Below are positions 28,667 through 38,027 of a DNA stretch of 64,000 nucleotides, one piece after another. Each line of letters begins with the position of its first letter. The first letter of the stretch is position 1. Source of the stretch: a bacterium HR37 (GTDB lineage Bacteria; Desulfobacterota_D; UBA1144; Nemesobacterales; CSP1-2); assembly GCA_002898375.1 (NCBI GenBank), contig BEIN01000012.1, positions 3,922 to 67,921 on the forward strand, given 5' to 3'. The translations under genes and the position numbers were made by a program. Under the pieces are notes generated by a model. The model ran no database searches. It was not told the origin of the DNA and worked only from the letters and a program-made list of their open reading frames with translations.

Positions 28667-30634
28667 TTGCCTCTGTATCAAATAATTTGTTTTTGCCCTG
28701 CTGATAGAGTATTATTCTTTTATTACAGAATGAAGCTTCCCCATCCAGGTGAGATAGTAAACCTCTTAAAGAAAACCCCTTATCGTCCAATGAGAGCAAG
28801 AGAACTCTCTAAGCGACTCGGTGTTCCTAAAGAGGGTCGAAAGCTGTTTAAGAAGATACTGAAGAAGCTCCTTCGGGAGGGGACTATAAAGAGGGTTAAG
28901 GGCGGTAAATACACCGTTGTTAAAACGGAGAGCAACAAAGGTAAGGAAGAAATTCCTTTGGAAGGCCGCAGGGGAATTTTATCTCCTGAAGGAAGGTTTC
29001 TTGGGAAATTTCTTAGAAGGGGAAAAACTGGAATTATTGTGCCACGGGGATTAAGACTTCCACCTTTTTTCGTCAAGCTCGGTGAGGTTAAGGGGGTAAG
29101 GAGTGAAAGCCTTGTTTTAGCCGAAATTAGGCATCCGGAGCAAGGAGCTTCGGATAAGCGTACTGCAAGGGTTATAGAAGTCCTAGGGAAGGTTGGTAGC
29201 TTGGAGGCAGAAAGAAGAGGTCTGTGTGTAGAGTATGGTCTTCCTGAAGACTTTCCTTTAGCAGTTGTTAAGGAATCGGGAAGGATTCCGGAAGATATTC
29301 CTGCCAGGGTTATATCCAGGAGGGTTGACCTTCGTGATAAAATGATATTTACGATAGATAACGATAAGGCCAGGGATTTTGATGATGCAGTTGGCATCTT
29401 GCGTCTTGATTCTGGTTACAGGCTTTGGGTATCCATTGCTGATGTATCTTATTATGTAGAGGTTGGGAGTGCAATAGATAACGAAGCGCTTGAGCGTGGA
29501 ACCAGTATATATCTGCCGGATAAGGTTATCCCCATGCTTCCTGAAAGGCTTTCTAACTGGGTTTGCAGTTTGGTTCCAGGGGAGGACAGGCTTACAAAAA
29601 CCGTTGAGATGGATTTTGATAACAACGGGGTTATGGTTGAGTTTAGGATTTATAACAGCATTATAAGGAGTTGTGCTCGTCTGACCTATACAGAGGTTTC
29701 AAATATTCTTGAAAAAGGAAAAAAAGTTGGAAGGAAAAACAGTGAGCTGGTAGAAAGCTTAAAGATAATGAAGGAGCTTTTTGAGAAGCTAAAAGAGAGG
29801 GGGATAGAAAGGGGGGAGCTTGATTTTGATTTGCCTGAGCCTGAGATTATAAGAGATGAGCTTGGAAGGACAGTGGATGTTATAAAGTCTGAAAGAAACG
29901 TGGCACATGGAATTATAGAAAAGTTTATGATCTCTGCAAATGCTGCGGTTGCTGAGTATGTTTTCAGGTTAAAGGTTCCCTCCATCTACAGGATTCATGA
30001 GCCACCAGATTACTCTTCCCTAAAGGAACTGGCTGAGGGTTTAAAGAAGTTTGGCTATGCCTTTAAGCCAAGCCGCAAGGTAAAACCAAGCGACATTCAG
30101 AAGGTCATCCTGGAATCCAAGGAGAGGGGTGAGGAGCTTGCAGTTCATACCTTGATTTTAAGGTCTTTAAAGAGAGCCATATATTCTACAAGTGAAAAAG
30201 GGCACTTCGGACTTGCCCTTAAGCATTACACTCATTTTACCTCTCCCATAAGACGTTATCCTGACCTTGTTGTGCATAGAATCATAAACTCTCTCATAGA
30301 AGGTAAAAAGCCTCCATATGATGAGGATACACTTGAGTGGATAGCAAATCATTCATCTGTAAAAGAGAGATTTGCCGATGAGGTTGAAAGAGAGGCAATA
30401 AAGCTTGAGAGAGTCTATATGATGAGATCCCATATAGGAAGAGAGTTTGAAGGCTTTGTAATAAGCGTTCTTCCGTTTGGTATATTTGTTGAACTAAAAG
30501 ACATCTTTGTTGAAGGGTTTGTTCCAAGAGAAAAGCTAAAGGGTAGGAAGTTTGAAGTTGGTCAGGATGTTAGGGTAAGGGTGGTAGAATCTGATATTGA
30601 GAGGAGAAGAATAACCCTTGATCTGGTTCTTTAG
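28667..30634 (+). CDS. rnr: Ribonuclease R (RNB family 3'-5' exoribonuclease)
   Basis: HTH/cold-shock N-terminus, RNB catalytic domain (FTIDNDKARDFDDAV) and a C-terminal S1 domain. The true start is probably the Met at 28730 (MKLPHPGEIV). Confidence 0.85.
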   Translation: MPLYQIICFCPADRVLFFYYRMKLPHPGEIVNLLKKTPYRPMRARELSKRLGVPKEGRKLFKKILKKLLREGTIKRVKGGKYTVVKTESNKGKEEIPLEGRRGILSPEGRFLGKFLRRGKTGIIVPRGLRLPPFFVKLGEVKGVRSESLVLAEIRHPEQGASDKRTARVIEVLGKVGSLEAERRGLCVEYGLPEDFPLAVVKESGRIPEDIPARVISRRVDLRDKMIFTIDNDKARDFDDAVGILRLDSGYRLWVSIADVSYYVEVGSAIDNEALERGTSIYLPDKVIPMLPERLSNWVCSLVPGEDRLTKTVEMDFDNNGVMVEFRIYNSIIRSCARLTYTEVSNILEKGKKVGRKNSELVESLKIMKELFEKLKERGIERGELDFDLPEPEIIRDELGRTVDVIKSERNVAHGIIEKFMISANAAVAEYVFRLKVPSIYRIHEPPDYSSLKELAEGLKKFGYAFKPSRKVKPSDIQKVILESKERGEELAVHTLILRSLKRAIYSTSEKGHFGLALKHYTHFTSPIRRYPDLVVHRIINSLIEGKKPPYDEDTLEWIANHSSVKERFADEVEREAIKLERVYMMRSHIGREFEGFVISVLPFGIFVELKDIFVEGFVPREKLKGRKFEVGQDVRVRVVESDIERRRITLDLVL

Positions 30635-30650
30635 TTCTAGGACTTCAAAT

Positions 30651-32513
30651 TTAGGCTCTTTTCCCTTTTAATGCTTTCCTAAGCACAGTAATTGCCAGTA
30701 CAAGTATAGCTACGTTTGCAACTGCTTCTTTTCCATTGTAGGGGGAGGGCGTTGCCAGAGAGCAGCCGCCTCCGTTACTTTCTCTTGTGTCTTCGTTTCG
30801 GTTGTTTTGCTGGTCAACCGATTTTACTGCCTCAAAGGCATCAACCCTGCCAAAGCCAAATACATTGTCAAAACCGGGTTGACCCAGGTCCAGTGCTGTC
30901 TCTCCCAATATCTCTTTAACTCTGCTTGGTTGTAGGGTGGGGTTTTTATCAAGCATAAGTGCAACAACCCCTGCTACATGAGGCGCTGAAGCTGAAGTAC
31001 CAAAAAACGGATTAAAGTCGGTTAAGCTGGTTGAGACCCCATCAGGGGCAACCAAATCTGGCTTTGGTCTTGATTCAAAAAAAGGAAAAAAAATTGTACT
31101 TGGTCCCTGTGAGCTAAACTCTTCAATGGTATCTGGATTCTTTACATAAACGGCACCCACAGCAATAACATTTGATACAGCTGGATGACCATATACGCTG
31201 TCTTCTGGAACATTAAAGTTAACCGGTACCACGGAGCTACTGAAGAACATCTCCAGGGTTTTTGGAACTCCCTTAAAGAGGTTTATAACTATATCAACAC
31301 CACGGAAGTTATCAGAGCTGGTATTTGAAGCAACCGCAAGCTCTATCGGATTATCATCTCCGTTTTGGATTTCAATACCGTAGTCGATAAGCTCACCCGT
31401 TGAGGAATCAAATAGGAAAAGGTCATAATCATTTGAGGACTTGCCAAACTGGTCGTTCCACTGAAGTACACATATTGTGCTCTGTAGAGGAGGAATAAGA
31501 ATCCTCATTGCGGGATTGCTCTCTTGACCAGCTGCTTTGCCAAAGTCATGAACATGTTTTATGTTTTCGTTTATTGCTCCCCCATCTACATACACTGCCT
31601 GATAGTGTTGGTCTGCATCATTGCCTCCAGCTGAAACAAACACCACCCCTTTGCTTACGCTGTTTTGAACCTCCTTTGCTACCCTTCCATCTTCAAAAAA
31701 GGGTTCCTGTAGGAATCCAAGGTCATCTACGATTACATCTACCCCGATACCGGTTAGGAATTTTATCGAATCTATAAAATCTATGTCCGTTAATCCAGAA
31801 GAGAATGCAAGTTGGGCACCAGGAGCTATGTCGTGGATAATCTCTAAAAGAGCTGTTCCCTCGTTTCCCTTTCCCTCAATCCCTATTATTATGTTGTCTG
31901 GTAGCTCCCCTGTTGATTGAGAAACCGCAATTCCATCTACCCCATCTGAGATAACCCCTATAGTTATGCCGCTTCCATCAAACCCGAGTATTTCTCTTAC
32001 ATCGTTTGAGCCAATTACTACATCCCCCTCTGTTACTACCGAGCCGCTTTTTGTTTTTCCGTAGCTTGGTGGGGTTATCTTTCTTACAAAGCCAAGGTTT
32101 GAGATTTCTTCGAGCCTATAAAATGGGGCCCAACCCTGAACTATACCGTACTCACTATTTACCGATTCAACCCTTACCTCCAGGGCTTTTAGTTGTTCTA
32201 GGTATGTATCCTTAATTTCACTTAGGTATATATAGACCTGTATGTTTCCATCTTTGTCTATTTTAACAAGCGGGGTAGATAGTTCTTCTATCTTAAACTC
32301 TCTTAGATTGCTCTTTGTAACCCCCATGGTTTTCAGTTTGGTTAGAACTTTTTGCACATCGTGACTGATTTTAGAGTCTTTGTACTCGATTGTCCCTTCG
32401 TATTTTTTATCTTTTAGCTTGTAGCCCCATGAGACCTCGTTTCCGGTTGCCCTATTGTCTAGGAATAAGGAAGTAAGCAAAACCAGAAAAAAAGTGCTTA
32501 AGACCTTTTTCAT
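30651..32513 (-). CDS. Subtilisin-like serine protease (peptidase S8) with C-terminal GGG-Cys/TM/basic tail
   Basis: Signal peptide, then Asp/His/Ser catalytic blocks (VISDGVDG ... HDFGKAAG ... GTSASAPHVAG). It ends ...GGGCSLATPSP...VANVAILVLAITVLRKALKGKRA. Confidence 0.8.
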   Translation of the reverse strand: MKKVLSTFFLVLLTSLFLDNRATGNEVSWGYKLKDKKYEGTIEYKDSKISHDVQKVLTKLKTMGVTKSNLREFKIEELSTPLVKIDKDGNIQVYIYLSEIKDTYLEQLKALEVRVESVNSEYGIVQGWAPFYRLEEISNLGFVRKITPPSYGKTKSGSVVTEGDVVIGSNDVREILGFDGSGITIGVISDGVDGIAVSQSTGELPDNIIIGIEGKGNEGTALLEIIHDIAPGAQLAFSSGLTDIDFIDSIKFLTGIGVDVIVDDLGFLQEPFFEDGRVAKEVQNSVSKGVVFVSAGGNDADQHYQAVYVDGGAINENIKHVHDFGKAAGQESNPAMRILIPPLQSTICVLQWNDQFGKSSNDYDLFLFDSSTGELIDYGIEIQNGDDNPIELAVASNTSSDNFRGVDIVINLFKGVPKTLEMFFSSSVVPVNFNVPEDSVYGHPAVSNVIAVGAVYVKNPDTIEEFSSQGPSTIFFPFFESRPKPDLVAPDGVSTSLTDFNPFFGTSASAPHVAGVVALMLDKNPTLQPSRVKEILGETALDLGQPGFDNVFGFGRVDAFEAVKSVDQQNNRNEDTRESNGGGCSLATPSPYNGKEAVANVAILVLAITVLRKALKGKRA

Positions 32514-32551
32514 TTAACTACCTCCCTTATAGGGTTTATACGGGTGTGGTA

Positions 32552-33211
32552 TTAAGAAACACTTAGCTTACCTTCGTTTTTTGCAATTATAAATTCACGG
32601 AGCATATCCTGGTGCTCCTTACCAACCTCAATTATTGAAGCCACAGCGTAGGCTCCTGCTCTTAGGTAGGCAGTTACTTCATCTGGGTTTATCGTATCTG
32701 TTGGGATAAGCTTAATTTTGGGAAATAGTTCCCTAAGAAACCCAAGCCAGCCTATCCCTCCCATGGTCTTACATGGAAAGACACTAACTGCGTTTGCCCC
32801 CAAGTCGTAGGCGCTAAATACCTCGGTTGGGGTAAGTGAGCCCGCTGCATGAAACACACTCTCTTTCTTGCTTCTCTTTATAATTCCCTTGTCTAGGTGA
32901 GTTGAGAACAGGAAGAAGGCTCCTGCATTTATTGCAATTCTTGCCTCTTTCTTTGTGGATATGGAAAAAACCCCAAGGTTTTGTTTTCCAGCTCTTTTTA
33001 GGCTTTTAAGGTGTTCTTTTACCCCCTGTGTTTTAAAGTCAAGGGCAATCAGATTAAACCCTCCATCCCTTGCAAGTTGGTATGCTTCTAGCATCTGCTT
33101 AAAAGAGGGTGCTTTAATCAGGAGAAAAACCTTTTCGTCTTCAATAAGATGAAGGAGTTTTTTTTGAATTTCACGTTTAGATGGTTTTTCAACGATCTTC
33201 TTCTTGGACAT
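32552..33211 (-). CDS. KDPG/KHG aldolase (Eda)-like protein
   Basis: C-terminal half resembles the Eda TIM barrel (VSVFPCKTMGGIGWLGFLRELFPKIKLIPTDTI...AYAVAS). The start is set at the Met at 33211, because the ORF-track start at 33304 would overlap tRNA-Ser. Confidence 0.45.
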   Translation of the reverse strand: MSKKKIVEKPSKREIQKKLLHLIEDEKVFLLIKAPSFKQMLEAYQLARDGGFNLIALDFKTQGVKEHLKSLKRAGKQNLGVFSISTKKEARIAINAGAFFLFSTHLDKGIIKRSKKESVFHAAGSLTPTEVFSAYDLGANAVSVFPCKTMGGIGWLGFLRELFPKIKLIPTDTINPDEVTAYLRAGAYAVASIIEVGKEHQDMLREFIIAKNEGKLSVS

Positions 33212-33222
33212 TTCTAACCCTT

Positions 33223-33310
33223 CGGAGGGGGTGGGATTCGAACCCACGAGGGCCTTAAAAACCCTTCCGGTTTTCGAGACCGGTGCCTTCGTCCACTCGG
33301 CCACCCCTCC
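33223..33310 (-). tRNA. tRNA-Ser (anticodon CGA), long variable arm
   Basis: Reverse complement reads GGAGGGGTGGCCGAGTGG...CCGGTCTCGAAAACCGG...GGTTCGAATCCCACCCCCTCCG. The acceptor stem GGAGGGG/CCCCTCC and the long extra arm are typical of a class II tRNA. Confidence 0.85.
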
Positions 33311-33444
33311 TTTCCCAAGGTATGGATTATACCATTAAATATACTGTAAGTTAGTAAAAGTTTGGAATCATTTGCTACTGCATTACAATATATTGTGTTT
33401 TTAGTATATAATAACGATTCTAGAGAAAACTAACAGGGTTTTGT

Positions 33445-35985
33445 TTGCGGGTGAGTGCTCTTTTTTCGGAAAAGATAAAAAGGGAAATAGAGAAGACGAT
33501 AAAAGAGGCCTCAGGTAATGAGGTTTTCTTTGTTGGTTCTCTTGATGGTGGCGGTGTTGTTAGCAGTTTAAGGGTTGTTGCTCGTGGTAACGAATTCTCT
33601 GTCCCCGCCATTGTTGATTCTGCCAGCAGCGGGGATGTTGTAATTCACAACCATCCTTCTGGCAACCTGACCCCTTCAGCAAGGGATATCGAGATGGCCT
33701 CTGTATTTGGAAACAGGGGGGTTGGTTTTTACATAGTAAACAACGATGCATCTGAGGTGTATGTGGTTGTTGAGCCGTTTTTAAAACGGGAAGAGAGGGA
33801 GCTTAATACAGAGGAATTAAAGGGGTTATTGCTTCCAGGAGGTGGGGTGGCAAAGGTAATGGGAAGGCAGTTTGAGGAAAGAGCTGAGCAGATACAGATG
33901 TTAGAAGCTGTGGCTTTGGCCTTTAATCAGAGCTCTATTTCCTTAATCGAAGCTGGAACAGGAACGGGTAAAACGCTTGCCTATTTGATACCTGCTGTTT
34001 ACTGGTCTATCTTAAACGGTGAGAGGGTTGTGGTGTCAACAAACACCATTAATCTTCAGGAACAGCTTATTAACAAGGATCTTCCCGTTGTTCAACTTGG
34101 TCTGGGTGATAAGGGGTTTAAGTATTCCCTTGTAAAGGGTATGGCAAATTACGTTTGTCTGCTTAGGGTTGAAACCGTATTGGATGGGCTCTTAGACCTT
34201 GCAGGGGATGATGAGATAGATACTCTAAGAAATATAGTAGAGTGGGCAAAGAGTACACAGGACGGTTCACTTTCTGACCTGAGTTTTAACCCTCCTGAGG
34301 AGGTATGGGATAAGGTCTGTGCTGAAAGTGAGAGTTGCCTTCGTATAAGATGCCCTTACTACTCAAAGTGCTTTTTCTATAAATCAAGACGGGAAATGGC
34401 CTCTTCCAATATCCTTGTCGTTAATCATCATCTTCTGTTTTCGGATCTCTCCATAAAGAGTGCAACCGAGGAGAGTGAGGTAGGGATTCTACCTTCATAT
34501 AGAAGGGTAATTTTCGATGAAGCCCACCATATAGGAGATGCTGCCACATCACATTTTGGATTAAGGGCAAGCAAGTACGGGATTGTAAGGACACTGAGAC
34601 GCCTGAGAAGAAGGGGGGAGAAGGGAGAGATAAAAGGGCTGCTTTTCTATACCGCTTCTCTTGCTACCAAGCTGCAGAAGTATTTTAGAAAGGGGATTTT
34701 AACAAGTGTCCTGGAAAGAATAGAGAGTTTCATATCTCCAAGGGTTGATGTGGTTGAGGAGAGTGCAAGAGATGCCTTTGATAGGCTGTATTTCTTTGCC
34801 CTTCCTTTCTCGGAATTAAAAGAAGGAAATTCGGAGGAAATCACTCTTAGGATAACCCATGAGGTAAGGCAGAAAGAAGGATGGGAAGAGGTGGACAAAA
34901 GGCTTTCTCTTCTCAGAATAAGGTTACGTGAGCTTGAGGAAGAGATAAGATCTTTTGTAGAGGTACTTCTGGACTACGAAAATGAGGATGATGTTGCCAG
35001 AATTATTGCAGAGTATAGGGGAATTGCAAATAAAGTTGGTTTCTATTCGGATGTGATAAATTGCTTCCTGAGCTCTGAGGAAGATGGATACGTAAGGTGG
35101 GTTGAGGGAAGGGCGGGAAAGGGAGGGATAGTCTCTTCCATAGGACTTTCTCCGCTTGATATCTCTTCTCACTTAAAGGAGAGGCTTTATTCCAGGTGTA
35201 AGACAGTGGTTATGACATCTGCCACCATGACTGTTAACGGAAGTTTTTCCTTTCTTAAGGGTGAACTGGGCTTAAGTGATGACAGTAGGGTAAAGGAGTA
35301 TGTGATTTCATCTCCTTTTAACTACTCAGAAAATGTAGTTCTTGCAATCCCAAAGGATGTATCTGAACCTTCTGAGGTTGGATATGCAGAGGATCTATCT
35401 TCTATAATAGTTAGAGCCGTTAAGGCTTCGAGGGGAAATGCTCTTATCTTATTTACTTCTTATTCGCTTCTTGATAAGGTTTACGGTCGTGTATACAGGG
35501 AATTGGAAGACTCTGGGATTCTATGTCTTAGACAGGGTAGCTCCCCCAGAAGCAGGCTACTTGACAGGTTCAGGGTGGAGGATAAATCTGTTCTCTTTGC
35601 TACGGATAGCTTCTGGGAAGGGGTTGATATTCCTGGAGATGCCCTTCGTTTGCTTATAATTACAAGACTACCATTTCGTGTGCCAACTGACCCTATAATA
35701 GAGGCCAGGGTTCAGTATCTGGAAAATCAGGGGATAAACTCTTTTCTGGAGTATACAGTTCCACTGGCTGTCCTTAAGTTTAAGCAGGGATTTGGAAGAC
35801 TTATAAGAACGAAAACAGATAAAGGTGTGGTTATGGTTTTGGACAAGCGAATTATAAGCAAGTACTATGGTAAGTACTTCTTGAATTCGCTTCCAAGGTG
35901 TAGAAGGGTAGTTGGTGGGGTTGAGGAGGTGGTAGATGAGATCTGTGCGTTTTTTAACTCCTTAGCTGGCTGTAACGGAGGATAA
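33445..35985 (+). CDS. Fusion protein: N-terminal RadC-like JAB/MPN domain + DinG/XPD-family Fe-S ATP-dependent DNA helicase
   Basis: Residues ~60-85 contain the JAMM motif H-N-H-P-S-G-x4-P-S-x2-D. Then Walker A (AGTGTGKTLAYL), four Fe-S cysteines (VCAESESCLRIRCPYYSKC), a DEAH box (FDEAHH) and C-terminal helicase motifs. Confidence 0.75.
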   Translation: MRVSALFSEKIKREIEKTIKEASGNEVFFVGSLDGGGVVSSLRVVARGNEFSVPAIVDSASSGDVVIHNHPSGNLTPSARDIEMASVFGNRGVGFYIVNNDASEVYVVVEPFLKREERELNTEELKGLLLPGGGVAKVMGRQFEERAEQIQMLEAVALAFNQSSISLIEAGTGTGKTLAYLIPAVYWSILNGERVVVSTNTINLQEQLINKDLPVVQLGLGDKGFKYSLVKGMANYVCLLRVETVLDGLLDLAGDDEIDTLRNIVEWAKSTQDGSLSDLSFNPPEEVWDKVCAESESCLRIRCPYYSKCFFYKSRREMASSNILVVNHHLLFSDLSIKSATEESEVGILPSYRRVIFDEAHHIGDAATSHFGLRASKYGIVRTLRRLRRRGEKGEIKGLLFYTASLATKLQKYFRKGILTSVLERIESFISPRVDVVEESARDAFDRLYFFALPFSELKEGNSEEITLRITHEVRQKEGWEEVDKRLSLLRIRLRELEEEIRSFVEVLLDYENEDDVARIIAEYRGIANKVGFYSDVINCFLSSEEDGYVRWVEGRAGKGGIVSSIGLSPLDISSHLKERLYSRCKTVVMTSATMTVNGSFSFLKGELGLSDDSRVKEYVISSPFNYSENVVLAIPKDVSEPSEVGYAEDLSSIIVRAVKASRGNALILFTSYSLLDKVYGRVYRELEDSGILCLRQGSSPRSRLLDRFRVEDKSVLFATDSFWEGVDIPGDALRLLIITRLPFRVPTDPIIEARVQYLENQGINSFLEYTVPLAVLKFKQGFGRLIRTKTDKGVVMVLDKRIISKYYGKYFLNSLPRCRRVVGGVEEVVDEICAFFNSLAGCNGG

Positions 35986-35989
35986 ACTG

Positions 35990-36826
35990 TTGGGTCTGGT
36001 AATTAGGAAATCTGCATCTAGGGATTTGGGCTCTATTCTTAGATTTTCTTTTTTCCTGTTTCTGGTGCTGTGTGTAGTAGGGATTCATAAGGTTTATGCC
36101 TATAAGGAGCTTATTGTCCTGGGTAAATGGAGTAGGAAGGGATTAAATGAGCTTCTAAGGGATGCTTCTAGAATTAAAGATACAGGGAAACGAATAGACT
36201 TTTTATCAAAACAGTTCCTTGGAGTGCCTTATAAAGGCCATACCCTTATAGGAAACTTGAATGTCCCCGAGGTGTTTGTTATAAACCTTAAAGAGCTTGA
36301 CTGCTTTACCTATATTGACTATGTGGAGGCTATGAGGCTTTCAAATTCCTTTGACGAGTTTAAAGAGCGGCTAAAGGAGATAAGATACAGGTATGGGTAT
36401 GTGGATTTTAAACACAGAAACCACTTCTTTACAGATTGGATTGTATTCAATAGCAGGTACGTAGATGATGTTACCCGGGAAGTTGGTCGTGAAAAAACAC
36501 GTGTTGTGGATAAGGTCCTTAACAGCAGGGAAGATGGCTCTTTTTTCTTACCCGGGATTTCACCTGTTCTAAGACGTATTTACTATATACCTTCTTACGC
36601 TGTGGATGATGGTGTGGTTGGGAGATTAAAGACGGGTGATTACGTTGGGGTGTACTCGGATAAGCAGGGTCTTGATGTTTCGCATACCGGGATTGTTATA
36701 AAATACGGAAACAAAACCTACTTAAGGCATGCATCATCTAGAAGGGGTATAGGTAGGGTTTTAGATGAGGACTTAAAAAGCTACATATTGGGTAAGCCAG
36801 GACTTGTTGTCATTAGACCAAAATAG
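35990..36826 (+). CDS. DUF1460-like hypothetical protein (N-terminal TM anchor)
   Basis: Domain recall only, so the assignment is weak. Confidence 0.4.
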   Translation: MGLVIRKSASRDLGSILRFSFFLFLVLCVVGIHKVYAYKELIVLGKWSRKGLNELLRDASRIKDTGKRIDFLSKQFLGVPYKGHTLIGNLNVPEVFVINLKELDCFTYIDYVEAMRLSNSFDEFKERLKEIRYRYGYVDFKHRNHFFTDWIVFNSRYVDDVTREVGREKTRVVDKVLNSREDGSFFLPGISPVLRRIYYIPSYAVDDGVVGRLKTGDYVGVYSDKQGLDVSHTGIVIKYGNKTYLRHASSRRGIGRVLDEDLKSYILGKPGLVVIRPK

Positions 36827-36843
36827 ATTTTACCCTTTTTGTT

Positions 36844-37611
36844 ATGAAGGAGTTTAACCCAACCAAGAGGTTCTCTAAAAGGGCATTGCACTATAGTAAA
36901 GGGCGTCCGGGGTATCCTGAGGAGATAGTCTCTCTTCTCGAATCTGAATGTTCTCTTACCCCGTTTTGTGTGATTGCAGACATTGGTTCAGGAACCGGAT
37001 TGCTCTCAGAGTTGTTCTTAAAGAATGGAAATACGGTGTTTGGTGTTGAACCAAATGAGGATATGAGAAGGATTGCAGAGAAGAGACTAGGGGGCTATCC
37101 CAATTTCATAAGTCTGGAGGGAACTGCTGAGGCAGTTCCTTTAAAGGATGGAAGTGTGGACTTTGTAACGGTTGGTCATGCTTTTCACTGGTTTAGTGTT
37201 GATAAATCAAGGACTGAGTTTTTACGGATACTAAAGCCAGGTGGGTGGGTTGTTATTGTGTGGAATCAGAGGAGAACCGATTCAACTCCCTTTTTAAAGG
37301 CATATGAGAGGTTACTGCTTAGATTTGGAACGGATTATACAAAGGTAAATCCGTTAAATTTTAACGACAACGTGCTTTACTCTTTCTTTGGGAGATACGG
37401 GTTTAAGCTCAGGGTTTTTAAAAACCTACAGGTTCTGGATTTTGAAGGTTTAAAAAACAGGCTTCTTTCGTCATCTTATGTTCCGATGGAAGGCAGTTTG
37501 GGTTATGATAATATGATGAGGGAGCTGGAGGCTATATTTTACCAACACAGTGAGAATGGAAAGGTTATATTTGAATACGATACCAAAGTTTACTATGGTA
37601 AGCTAACTTAA
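36844..37611 (+). CDS. Class I SAM-dependent methyltransferase
   Basis: Motif I DIGSGTG and a Rossmann fold. Confidence 0.75.
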   Translation: MKEFNPTKRFSKRALHYSKGRPGYPEEIVSLLESECSLTPFCVIADIGSGTGLLSELFLKNGNTVFGVEPNEDMRRIAEKRLGGYPNFISLEGTAEAVPLKDGSVDFVTVGHAFHWFSVDKSRTEFLRILKPGGWVVIVWNQRRTDSTPFLKAYERLLLRFGTDYTKVNPLNFNDNVLYSFFGRYGFKLRVFKNLQVLDFEGLKNRLLSSSYVPMEGSLGYDNMMRELEAIFYQHSENGKVIFEYDTKVYYGKLT

Positions 37612-37628
37612 AAACAAAGGAGAGAGAT

Positions 37629-38024
37629 ATGGCAATTACTCCTCTTCAACTAAACAGCCTTATCACCGAGGCAAGAAAGGCTAGACAGGCCTTGGATAAG
37701 GTTCTGGATTATGCTGATCTTATAAGCAAATACGCAAAGGATTTACCAGATGAGGTGGGAAAGCTAGAGAGTGGAATTAGAGACTGTGCATCAGAAATAG
37801 AGCGACAGATTGAGGAGATTAGATACCATATATATACGGTTCTTAACAGTATGTCTGTTGACCCTGATGAGGTTAAAAACGCAGCCGATAAGCTACTGCT
37901 CTACCAGGGAGATGTCTCCCAGATAATTGAGTGGGTTGAGGAGCAGAAGAGAGGGCATGAGGAAAATTCATACTGGTGGCGGTACTGGCAAGCTGTATCT
38001 GAGGTTCTAAGAAAACGAAAGTAG
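37629..38024 (+). CDS. Hypothetical protein
   Basis: 131-aa ORF with a ribosome-binding site (AAGGAGAGAG). No recognisable domain. Confidence 0.35.
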   Translation: MAITPLQLNSLITEARKARQALDKVLDYADLISKYAKDLPDEVGKLESGIRDCASEIERQIEEIRYHIYTVLNSMSVDPDEVKNAADKLLLYQGDVSQIIEWVEEQKRGHEENSYWWRYWQAVSEVLRKRK

Positions 38025-38027
38025 CTT

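Noticed and set aside
28780-29397. 205-aa minus-strand ORF
   Set aside because: It is antisense to rnr with a Ser/Leu/Pro-rich low-complexity translation.
33212-33304. N-terminal 31-codon extension of the Eda-like ORF (track start 33304)
   Set aside because: The extension overlaps the tRNA-Ser gene on the same strand. An internal ATG at 33211 just downstream of the tRNA 3' end is the plausible start.
33384-33412. Possible sigma-70 promoter (TATAAT at 33407-33412) upstream of the JAB-DinG gene
   Set aside because: The -10 is good but the -35 is poor (TACAAT). The region is AT-rich, so there are too many chance matches to call it.
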